From positions 1-16,252 of the forward strand of contig JBLIRN010000061.1 in NCBI GenBank assembly GCA_049472315.1: 16,252 nt of DNA. Direction: 5' to 3'. The stretch is from a bacterium. Its GTDB lineage: Bacteria; SZUA-182; DTGQ01; JAFGSM01. Shown in pieces: positions 1 through 6,961 of this stretch (positions within the stretch are counted from its first letter, which is position 1; the number at the start of each line of letters is the position of its first letter). The position numbers were made by a program, and so were the translations under genes. The notes under the pieces were generated by a model that saw only the letters and a program-made list of their open reading frames with translations, had not been told where the DNA came from and ran no database searches.

Positions 1-1544
1 AGCAGGCCGGTGTCGATCCGCACCCCTGTCCGCTCCATGGCCGCGAGGATGGGCACCAGGGGGATCTCCAGTTTGTAGAAGAGCTCGGCGAGCCCCTCGT
101 GCTCGATCAGCGGTTTCAGCCGGTTGGTCAAAAGAAATGCCAGGTCCGCATCCTCGCTGCTATACTCACCCGCCTGATCAACGTGAACCTCGTCGAATCG
201 CTTTGCCTGCTTCCCCTTGCCCGCCACTTCCTCGTAGGAGATTGGCTTGTGCCCCAGGTACTCCAGGGAGATCTGGGTGAGGTTGTGGTTGTGCTTGGTC
301 GGGTTGAGCACGTATGAGGCCACCATGGTATCGAATCCCAGGCCCTGCAGGTGAATCCCGGCCTGTTCCAGGCAGATGATGTCATACTTGATGTTCTGGC
401 CGTACTTTGCGATTGCAGGGTCCTCGAGGATCGGTTTCAGCGCGCCGAGCACGTAGTCGGGCTCCAACTGGTCCGGGCAGCCTATGTAGCGGTGGCGGAT
501 GGGGATGTAAAACGCGCGGTGTTCCTCGAAGGAAAGGGAGATGCCCACGATCTGCGCCCACATGGGGCGCTGGTCGGTGGTCTCCAGATCAACGGCGAAC
601 GCGGGTACGGCGCGAAGACGGCCGCACAGGGCGTCGAATTCCCCCTTGTCCAGGATCACCGTATAGGTCTTTTCGGAGAGCGTGCCTGCAGGGGCGAACT
701 GCTTCATAAGGCCGGAGAACTCCATCTCCTTGAAGATCTCCATCAGGGTGGCGTCATCCGGCTCCCCCACCTTGAGGCTCGCCCAGTCCACCTCTATCGG
801 GCTGTCGGTCTGGATGGTGGCGAGCATCTTGCTGAGGACGGCCTGTTCCCGGTGTTCCTTCAGGGCGCGCTGGAGCGCCGGGGAGGTGACGGTGTCCACC
901 TTGTCCAGCAGGTTCTCCAGGGTGCCGTACTCCTTGATGAGCGCCGTCGCCCGCTTTTCCCCGATGCCGGGGACCCCGGGGATGTTGTCGATCTTGTCCC
1001 CCATGAGGGCCATGAGGTCGGGTATCTGCGAGGGCTCCACCCCGTATCGCTCCATCACCTTGTCTGCGTCATAGATGGTCCGATCCTTGATTTCGCGCAG
1101 CACGGACACGGAATCGGAGATGAGCTGGAAGGCGTCCTTGTCACCGGTGATGATGAACACCCTGAATTCCTTCTCCCCGCGTCTGCTCAGGGTGCCCAGG
1201 ACATCGTCCGCCTCGTATCCCTGCAGCTCCAGGGTGGGGATGCCGAAGGCCTGGATGATCTTCTTGATATAGGGGATCTGCACCAGCAGGTCCGGAGGGG
1301 TCTTGGGCCGGTGGATCTTGTACTCCTTGAATGCCTCCTCCCTGAAGGTGGGGCCCTTCACATCGAACACCACGCCGAAGAAGTCGGGCTGGTCCTCACG
1401 CAGCACCTTGATGAGCATGTTGGTGAATCCCAGGACGGCGTTGGTGGGCAGTCCCGCGGAATTCGACAGGTGGGGGAGGGCGTAGTAGGCCCGGTAGAGA
1501 TATGAATTACCGTCTATGAGAAAGAGGGTCGGTTTTTCGGGCAT
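1..1544 (-). CDS. polA: DNA polymerase I (5'-3' exonuclease and 3'-5' exonuclease domains; partial, continues past position 1)
   Basis: Absent from the ORF track because it has no stop in the window. Manual translation from ATG at 1544 gives MPEKPTLFLIDGNSYLYRAYYALPHLSNSAGLPTNAVLGFTNML..GYEADDVLGT..ITGDKD..LMGDKIDNIPGVPGIGEK (5' nuclease). It continues AVDLETT (ExoI), GQNIKYD (ExoII), YSSEDAD (ExoIII), then LEIPLVPILAAMERTGVRID (start of the polymerase domain). Confidence 0.98.
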   Translation of the reverse strand, partial: MPEKPTLFLIDGNSYLYRAYYALPHLSNSAGLPTNAVLGFTNMLIKVLREDQPDFFGVVFDVKGPTFREEAFKEYKIHRPKTPPDLLVQIPYIKKIIQAFGIPTLELQGYEADDVLGTLSRRGEKEFRVFIITGDKDAFQLISDSVSVLREIKDRTIYDADKVMERYGVEPSQIPDLMALMGDKIDNIPGVPGIGEKRATALIKEYGTLENLLDKVDTVTSPALQRALKEHREQAVLSKMLATIQTDSPIEVDWASLKVGEPDDATLMEIFKEMEFSGLMKQFAPAGTLSEKTYTVILDKGEFDALCGRLRAVPAFAVDLETTDQRPMWAQIVGISLSFEEHRAFYIPIRHRYIGCPDQLEPDYVLGALKPILEDPAIAKYGQNIKYDIICLEQAGIHLQGLGFDTMVASYVLNPTKHNHNLTQISLEYLGHKPISYEEVAGKGKQAKRFDEVHVDQAGEYSSEDADLAFLLTNRLKPLIEHEGLAELFYKLEIPLVPILAAMERTGVRIDTGL

Positions 1545-1626
1545 GGCGGCACCCCGCTGCAACGCTCACCACAAGGGGGATGAGACGCGCTATTGAGATT
1601 TTCCGTTGAACGATTGCATGTGCTCA

Positions 1627-2937
1627 TTACGTCTTGGAGAGCACGGTGACGCTCTCCACATGGTATGTCTGGGGAAACATATCGATCGGCTGGACGGAGT
1701 CGACCTGGTAGCCCTGCTCCTTCACCAGTACGGACACATCGCGGGCCAGGGTGGAGGGATTGCAGGACACGTAGATGATACGCCGGGGTCCCAGGCTGGG
1801 GATGGAGTCGAGGATCTCCTTGCATCCCGACCGGGGGGGGTCCATCACCATCACCGAAAAATCGATCCCGGAATTGATGAGCTGTCGTATCCCCCGTACA
1901 TCGCTTTTCTTAAGGAAGTGGCAATTCGGTCTGCGGTTGTTGTGGGCGTTGATCAGGGCGTAGCGGTAGGGTTCGGGATTGCTTTCGATGCCGAAAAGCG
2001 ACTGGGTGTGCCGGGAGATGGGTATGCTGAAGTTTCCCATGCCGCAATGAAGCTCAAGGACCTTTTCGGTTTCCGGGGGCATGGCAGCCACCACATGGGC
2101 AATGAGGATCTCGTTTCCCTTCAGATTGACCTGGATGAAGGTCTCAGGCCCTATTGTATAGACCACGTTATCGTACACAAGCTCGATGTTCTGCTCACCC
2201 ACTGCGCCGGCTGCAGGTTTCTTGTAGGTCTCGATCCGGATGAGCCCTCCCTTGATCTGGGGGCAGATACGCTGGAGTGCCAGGAAATCCCTTTGCTTCT
2301 CCTCCAGGGAGCCCTTGATGTAGCGAAGCACCACCAGGGCCGTTTCTCCGGCCACGTCAACCGTGACATCCAGTCCGTGCAGGTGCTTGTCGTCGGTCTC
2401 GTTCACCCATTCCCATGCCTTGTCAAGGATCGTATTGATCGCGTGGTGGGCGATGACGCATTCCCGGATATCCACCAGGTTGTGGGTCTTTCTCATGTAG
2501 AGGCCGATGTGCGGCGTCCTCTCCTTATGATTGATGTTGAACTGCATCCGGTGCCGGTAATGGAACTGGGAGGGGGAGGGGATGCAGGGTTTGACGCTGC
2601 CCGCGTCCAGATGGCCGATCCTGGTGAACGCATCCTGCAGGAGCAATTCCTTCTGCCTGAGCTGGCCTTCGTAATCGAGGTGCTGCCAATGACACCCCCC
2701 GCATACACCGAAGTGGGGACAGGGAGGCTCGATGCGAAGGGGGGAGGGTTCGATGATCTCCTCCAGGGTTCCCACCAGATAATCCGTCTCCTGGGCGACG
2801 ATCCTGGTCCTCACCCTGTCGCCGGGCGCGGTGTGGGAGACGAAGACCACCTGTCCGTTGACCCGGCCGAGCCCCATCCCCCCGAAGGAGAGGCTCTCGA
2901 TGGTTATGTCGCATTCCTTGTTTATATTCGCAGACAT
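1627..2937 (-). CDS. rlmD: 23S rRNA (uracil-1939-C5)-methyltransferase, TrmA/RumA family with TRAM domain and 4Fe-4S motif
   Basis: N-terminal TRAM domain (ITIESLSFGGMGLGRVNGQVVFV), CPHFGVCGGCHWQH cluster motif, FIQVN, LELHCGMGNF SAM motif, DPPRSG, YVSCNPSTLARD (catalytic Cys) and DMFPQTYHVE. Start moved from 2994 to ATG 2937: it has an upstream AAGGGA, and 2994 lies inside the predicted promoter. Confidence 0.93.
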   Translation of the reverse strand: MSANINKECDITIESLSFGGMGLGRVNGQVVFVSHTAPGDRVRTRIVAQETDYLVGTLEEIIEPSPLRIEPPCPHFGVCGGCHWQHLDYEGQLRQKELLLQDAFTRIGHLDAGSVKPCIPSPSQFHYRHRMQFNINHKERTPHIGLYMRKTHNLVDIRECVIAHHAINTILDKAWEWVNETDDKHLHGLDVTVDVAGETALVVLRYIKGSLEEKQRDFLALQRICPQIKGGLIRIETYKKPAAGAVGEQNIELVYDNVVYTIGPETFIQVNLKGNEILIAHVVAAMPPETEKVLELHCGMGNFSIPISRHTQSLFGIESNPEPYRYALINAHNNRRPNCHFLKKSDVRGIRQLINSGIDFSVMVMDPPRSGCKEILDSIPSLGPRRIIYVSCNPSTLARDVSVLVKEQGYQVDSVQPIDMFPQTYHVESVTVLSKT

Positions 2938-2972
2938 CCTGTTCCCTTGGTGACCCTGAAAAAGAGAGAAGT

Positions 2973-3001
2973 ATGATATACCATTGCCGGCCACAAATCA
3001 A
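2973..3001 (-). promoter_or_regulatory. Putative sigma70 promoter for rlmD(-polA)
   Basis: Minus strand TTGATT (3001-2996), 17 bp spacer, TATCAT (2978-2973), about 35 bp upstream of the rlmD ATG. Confidence 0.5.
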
Positions 3002-3094
3002 TAAAGCTATGGGGCTATGCTTCGGGGCCTGATTCGATAAGTTTATGATTTTAAGAGAGGATGAAGGAATGGGCGAGGGTGTGCGCCTCACCAG

Positions 3095-3706
3095 TTATGG
3101 CAGATCCAGATTCAGAAACTCCTCAATCTCCTTTTCACTCAAATCCGCGAGCTCGATCTTGAGCCGCCTCTTTATCTCGTCGATATTCAAACCCTTGTTC
3201 TCGACCGGCGCGTCTTCAGTCTTTGCCTGGCCCTTTCCCGTCGGAGGGATGGGTTGCCCGTCCAGTTGTTCCAGGTGAATCAGCGGGTCGTCCTTCTGTC
3301 CGAAGCAGGTGTAGCGAAAGATACTGATGGGCACCTTTGAGATATCCTGCGCCAGTCGTGATGCCTCGGGGATGACCTGTTCGGCGATCAGAACGAGCTT
3401 GACGGGGAGATCGAAATTGATCTCCTGCCGGGAGAACACCCTCCTGAGGATGGTCAGGTTTTCCTTGAACCAGCGATACCCGGTGAGGCATCGAATCAGC
3501 CCCTCCTCGATGTTGATGTACCCGATGGTGACGAGGTAGGGACGCTGCTCCGTGTCTGCCGCCAGGATGTCGATGGTTCCCCGCTGGGGGCTTCCCAACT
3601 CCTGGTCGAGGACATTCCAGTCCTCCCATTCATCAAGACACTGTGAGAAGGTCTTGATCAGGAACCGGTGATCCGTGATAGTGATCGGTTTCAAAAGCCT
3701 TGGCAT
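3095..3706 (-). CDS. Hypothetical protein with a NucS/EndoMS-like PD-(D/E)xK fold, probably catalytically inactive
   Basis: 203 aa. QELGSPQRGTIDILAADTEQRPYLVTIG resembles the NucS-type E..G.IDILA.D....V.IE.K motif but lacks E-x-K. It is followed by the helix EEGLIRCLTGYRWF and KLVLIAE. Starts 4 nt after the upstream stop, so the CDS itself is well supported; the fold call is tentative. Confidence 0.65.
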   Translation of the reverse strand: MPRLLKPITITDHRFLIKTFSQCLDEWEDWNVLDQELGSPQRGTIDILAADTEQRPYLVTIGYINIEEGLIRCLTGYRWFKENLTILRRVFSRQEINFDLPVKLVLIAEQVIPEASRLAQDISKVPISIFRYTCFGQKDDPLIHLEQLDGQPIPPTGKGQAKTEDAPVENKGLNIDEIKRRLKIELADLSEKEIEEFLNLDLP

Positions 3707-3710
3707 GGGC

Positions 3711-4610
3711 TCAATCGGGATTCTCTATGGTTTTAATAAAATTAGAGGTAATTCGGATGATGCTGTCCCGTGCCACCGAGTGTTGCTCCGAGAGCACCAG
3801 CGGGTAATGGGTGGCCAGGGAAATGCCGAGGGCCTGGTCATGGATGATCGATCCCAGGAATTTGAGCGGAAGGCATGTGGGCGACAGATTGCGCATGGCG
3901 GCTTGATTCAAACAGGTAAACGCCTTGACCGCTACGTCACGGTCCTTGACCTCATCCATGATCATCCACACCTGGGCCTGAGGATTTTTTGCAGCAATGG
4001 TTTTTATATAGGCATACGCCACCAGCAGCGAATCCCTTCGGGGTCTGGATACCAAGAGGATGATGGGGGGAAGGGATTCCATCATCGAGAGCATTTCGAG
4101 GCTGTCCGGGTGATGAGGCAGTATGATCGATTCCAGCAGGTTGCTGCCGGCCAGTTGCGTAAAAAGGTCATCAGTGATGTTCGGCACAGGGGTATGGGAA
4201 AGGGACTCTTCGGATCGCGAAAAAAGATGTATGCCGGGCAATCCATAGAGTTTCAGCACCCGGTGGAAGGGGGAGGGTTCCTCGCTGTCATCTCCCTTTG
4301 AAAAGCTCTGAAACAGGCTGTCCATGATCACCCGAACGGGTGAATCGTGCGGCTCGTAATCCAGTATGCAGGAGCCGTATCCTTGTTTTGCCAGCTCGAG
4401 GGCGAAGTTGGTGAGAAGAAGCCCTTTGACCTTCAGGGACTCAGGGTAAAGGATAGAAATGGTCTTGGCGGTAAAACCATGGCCTGCGCCCGGGGCATTG
4501 CGGAGAAGGGACTCCCCTGCGGAATCCGACTCATGGGAAATAGGAGTAGACGTAAGCCAGAAATCGGCGACCTCTTCCAAACTTCTTCCCAACTTCCTTT
4601 TTTTCTCCAT
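3711..4610 (-). CDS. Degenerate MinD/FlhG(FleN)-like P-loop protein (pseudo-ATPase) with a ParB-like N-terminal peptide
   Basis: 299 aa. KTISILYPESLKVKGLLLTNFALELAKQGYGSCILD aligns to the MinD/FlhG pattern IAV.SGKGGVGKT..ANLA..LA..G..VLLID, with the Walker A glycines lost. The C-half LLVSRPRRDSLLVAYAYIKTI..LKFLGSIIHDQALGISLATHYPLVL..SVARDSIIRI resembles FlhG/FleN. Confidence 0.75.
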   Translation of the reverse strand: MEKKRKLGRSLEEVADFWLTSTPISHESDSAGESLLRNAPGAGHGFTAKTISILYPESLKVKGLLLTNFALELAKQGYGSCILDYEPHDSPVRVIMDSLFQSFSKGDDSEEPSPFHRVLKLYGLPGIHLFSRSEESLSHTPVPNITDDLFTQLAGSNLLESIILPHHPDSLEMLSMMESLPPIILLVSRPRRDSLLVAYAYIKTIAAKNPQAQVWMIMDEVKDRDVAVKAFTCLNQAAMRNLSPTCLPLKFLGSIIHDQALGISLATHYPLVLSEQHSVARDSIIRITSNFIKTIENPD

Positions 4611-4634
4611 AATCTCGATTCGATATGCGAATGC

Positions 4635-5714
4635 TTAAGGCTCTACCTCGCAAATGGAGTTTTCGCCAAAGGGCCCGTTGAGCTGTCTGGGATTCACCGG
4701 GTCCTTGATCCATTTGCCATCTACTACAAATTTATACTGATATCGTCCGGGTCTCAAATTCACGATGCGCTGCCATATCCCGTTTCCTTCGATATCAAAG
4801 AGGGGCTCCCGTTCCGGTTTCCACTCGTTAAAATCAGCAGCCAGGTACACACTGGACGCCTCTGGTGAGTATACGCTAAAAAGGATACCGGAATCAAGTC
4901 TCTTGGGAGGTCTGGCATCCGGCTTCATGGCTGCGTGCTCCGCGCGCGTTGCCTCCATGTCCAGGATCTCCTTGCTGAGCTCCATGTAGTCAGCGAATCC
5001 GGTGCACTTCTGGCAGTATTCGGTGATCGCCTGGCCGTAGCTTGCCGCCTCCTTCAGCTTTACGTTTACCCGTATGAAGGTCTTGAAGTGATGGTCCTGG
5101 AAACACCGTTTGATCTCCGTGATCACCTCTTCGGATATACGGGTGCGACGGTCAAAGATGGTGGGGAGGGCGTTTACCTCTATACGGTGCCCGCATTTGC
5201 GGTTGATGATGTTGATGGTTTCCATGAGCTTTCCCAGCCCGTGAAGGGAGAAGAAACTGGATTCTATGGGGATGATGGCCTCCTTGCATGCCAGAAGGGC
5301 ATTGAAGGTAAGAAGGCCCACACTGGGAGGACAGTCCAGGATGATGAAGTCATAGTCGTTGGCGATTGGTTCAATGGCGCGGGAAAGTCGGTATTCCCTC
5401 TCCTTGGCCTGGGAGAGGTTCTGTTCCGCGGCGCTCAGGATCACCTCCGAGGGAATCAAAAAAAGGTTCGGAGAGATGTTCAGGATACTCTCCTTTATCG
5501 CCTGAAGGTCACCGCTGAAACTGGTGAGGATGTCGTAGAGACTGTAATCGAAATCACCGGGCTTTATGCCTAAGCCGAGTGTTGCGTGGGCCTGCGGATC
5601 AACATCGATCAGCAAGACCTTCTTGCCGGTCTTGGCGATGCAGGCCGAAAGGTTTATTGCGGTTGTCGTCTTTCCGCAACCGCCCTTTTGGTTGGCAATG
5701 GCGATGATCCGCAT
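4635..5714 (-). CDS. Soj/ParA-family ATPase fused to a C-terminal CBM48 (AMPK-beta-like glycogen-binding) domain
   Basis: From ATG 5714, preceded by the G-rich RBS AAGGGGGG: MRIIAIANQKGGCGKTTTAINL (deviant Walker A), LIDVDPQ, DFIILDCPPS (Walker B), PTIFDRRT, IRVNVKLKEAASYG. The last ~84 aa (4638-4889) are FSVYSPEASSVYLAADFNEW..GIWQRIVNLRPGRYQYKFVVDGKWIKDPVNP..GPFGENS, a typical CBM48/AMPK1_CBM pattern. Confidence 0.93.
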   Translation of the reverse strand: MRIIAIANQKGGCGKTTTAINLSACIAKTGKKVLLIDVDPQAHATLGLGIKPGDFDYSLYDILTSFSGDLQAIKESILNISPNLFLIPSEVILSAAEQNLSQAKEREYRLSRAIEPIANDYDFIILDCPPSVGLLTFNALLACKEAIIPIESSFFSLHGLGKLMETINIINRKCGHRIEVNALPTIFDRRTRISEEVITEIKRCFQDHHFKTFIRVNVKLKEAASYGQAITEYCQKCTGFADYMELSKEILDMEATRAEHAAMKPDARPPKRLDSGILFSVYSPEASSVYLAADFNEWKPEREPLFDIEGNGIWQRIVNLRPGRYQYKFVVDGKWIKDPVNPRQLNGPFGENSICEVEP

Positions 5715-5777
5715 CTCATTCCCCCCCTTAACTGGGTTGAGGTTTATATGATTAAGGGTACCCAAATTTTATTCAGG

Positions 5778-5806
5778 AATATAACACACCCCAAAAATCT
5801 TGTCAA
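5778..5806 (-). promoter_or_regulatory. Sigma70 promoter of the ParA-CBM48 operon
   Basis: Minus strand TTGACA (5806-5801), 17 bp spacer ending in TGt (extended -10), TATATT (5783-5778), about 60 bp upstream of ATG 5714. Confidence 0.75.
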
Positions 5807-5850
5807 GATATATAGTAGGAAAATTTAAAATTAAATACAAGATGTTGTGT
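5803..5850. promoter_or_regulatory. Tandem NrdR-box-like operators
   Basis: ATACAAGATGTTGTGT (5835-5850) closely matches the NrdR consensus acaCwAtATaTwGtgt. A weaker copy, TCAAGATATATAGTAG (5803-5818), lies 32 bp away and overlaps the -35 element. Confidence 0.55.
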
Positions 5851-5953
5851 TTGACCTAAAAGTCAAGCATGATAGGGAATTTCGAGAAAACCCGGCCGGT
5901 GAGACATCCATTTTGGGGTAGACCTGTACATTTGGACAGGTTTTTCAATGCCA

Positions 5954-5988
5954 TTGACCGGCACTGAAACTTTATGGTAAGCTATAAT
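5954..5988 (+). promoter_or_regulatory. Putative sigma70 promoter for the PII-like gene
   Basis: TTGACC (5954-5959), 18 bp spacer, TGgTAAGCT (-10 at 5978-5983). A perfect TATAAT also sits at 5983-5988. The exact register is ambiguous. Confidence 0.4.
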
Positions 5989-6030
5989 CTCAGGCAACAA
6001 TGGGAACCATGCCCTATCAAGGAGTCGCAG

Positions 6031-6372
6031 ATGAAGCTGCTCGTATTGGTACTAAACAAGGAGGAATTTCTGGACGAGATCCTGGAGGCGTTCGTGGAGG
6101 TGGGAATTTCCGGCGCCACCATAATCGATAGCGTGGGTATGGGGCACAAGCTGGCATACGATATCCCCATTTTTGCCGGGCTTAGAAAGAGTCTCAAGAC
6201 ATCCGACTACAACAAAACCATCTTCTCCGTGGTGAAGGACGACGAAACCCTTGAGGAGGCAATCAGGATCATCGGCGAGATCATCGATCTGAATGAGGTC
6301 GGCACCTGTCTTCTCTTCGTTGTCCCCCTTCTCCTGGTCAAGGGGCTGAAAGAGAGGGACCTGACCTGGTGA
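6031..6372 (+). CDS. PII-like (GlnB-superfamily) signalling protein, non-canonical
   Basis: ATG 6031 follows an AAGGAG RBS. 113 aa: MKLLVLVLNKEEFLDEILEAFVEVGISGATIIDSVGMG..KTIFSVV..GTCLLFVVPLLLVKGL. The size and the GxxGxT..S.G.G and G..FV.P patterns fit PII; the GlnB T-loop signature is absent. Confidence 0.8.
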   Translation: MKLLVLVLNKEEFLDEILEAFVEVGISGATIIDSVGMGHKLAYDIPIFAGLRKSLKTSDYNKTIFSVVKDDETLEEAIRIIGEIIDLNEVGTCLLFVVPLLLVKGLKERDLTW

Positions 6373-6470
6373 TTGCCGGGGCCGGCCGGGGTGCACCACT
6401 TGTCTTTCCTTTTCCGTAGCAGCCTTACATCCATTCATGATTATATTCTCTCTATCGGGAGGGCGGTGTT

Positions 6471-6863
6471 ATGGTAAAGCAATTTGAGGTGAGGACCCGC
6501 TCGCGCGTCGATTTCATCGATATCACCCGTGAGGTGCGCACGGTGGTAAGGGAATCCGCTACAAAGGAGGGCACGTGCGTGGTGTACGTGCCTCACACCA
6601 CCGCTGCGGTCACCATCAACGAGAATGCCGATCCTGATGTGGTTGCCGACATCAAAAAGGAACTGGAGAAGATCGTGCCGTTCGAGGACGACTACCGGCA
6701 CGCGGAGGGGAACTCCGCAGCCCATATAAAGACGAGTATCCTGGGTGCCTCCGAAACGATCATTATCGACCGGGGTGAACTCGTGCTCGGCACGTGGCAG
6801 GGCATCTATCTGTGTGAATTCGACGGCCCCCGAACGAGAAGGGTGGTGGTAAGAATCGCCTGA
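6471..6863 (+). CDS. yjbQ: YjbQ/UPF0047 family protein (secondary thiamine-phosphate synthase)
   Basis: DFIDIT, YVPHTTAAVTINENADPDV, HAEGNSAAHIK and LGTWQGIYLCEFDGPR motifs; GGAGG RBS upstream. Confidence 0.95.
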   Translation: MVKQFEVRTRSRVDFIDITREVRTVVRESATKEGTCVVYVPHTTAAVTINENADPDVVADIKKELEKIVPFEDDYRHAEGNSAAHIKTSILGASETIIIDRGELVLGTWQGIYLCEFDGPRTRRVVVRIA

Positions 6864-6961
6864 TTCATCGTCCTTTCCTCATGTCTTGACGAATCGCCGC
6901 ACCGGACCGTCCGGAACGGGGCCCTCCATTCCCCCCTTTCATAGAGGCAATCATCCAAACC

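Noticed and set aside
1..620. Possible inactivated proofreading domain in PolA
   Set aside because: The ExoI (DLE), ExoII (NIKYD) and ExoIII (YSSED) acidic residues are all present, so this is an ordinary proofreading-type PolA.
351..1505. 384-aa plus-strand ORF
   Set aside because: Antisense shadow of polA. It has no recognisable motifs and is explained by the high-GC codon bias of the real gene.
1606..2976. 456-aa plus-strand ORF
   Set aside because: Antisense shadow spanning rlmD almost exactly, with no family motifs.
2938..2994. N-terminal extension of rlmD in the ORF track
   Set aside because: It overlaps the predicted promoter. ATG 2937 has an RBS and begins just before the TRAM domain.
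4635..5714. Calling this the chromosomal parA/soj or minD
   Set aside because: No adjacent parB, minC or minE, no membrane-targeting helix, and a CBM48 fusion. It is treated as an orphan ParA and given no gene symbol.
5715..5765. N-terminal extension of ParA (TTG start at 5765)
   Set aside because: ATG 5714 has a G-rich RBS and gives the canonical MRIIAIANQKGG start.
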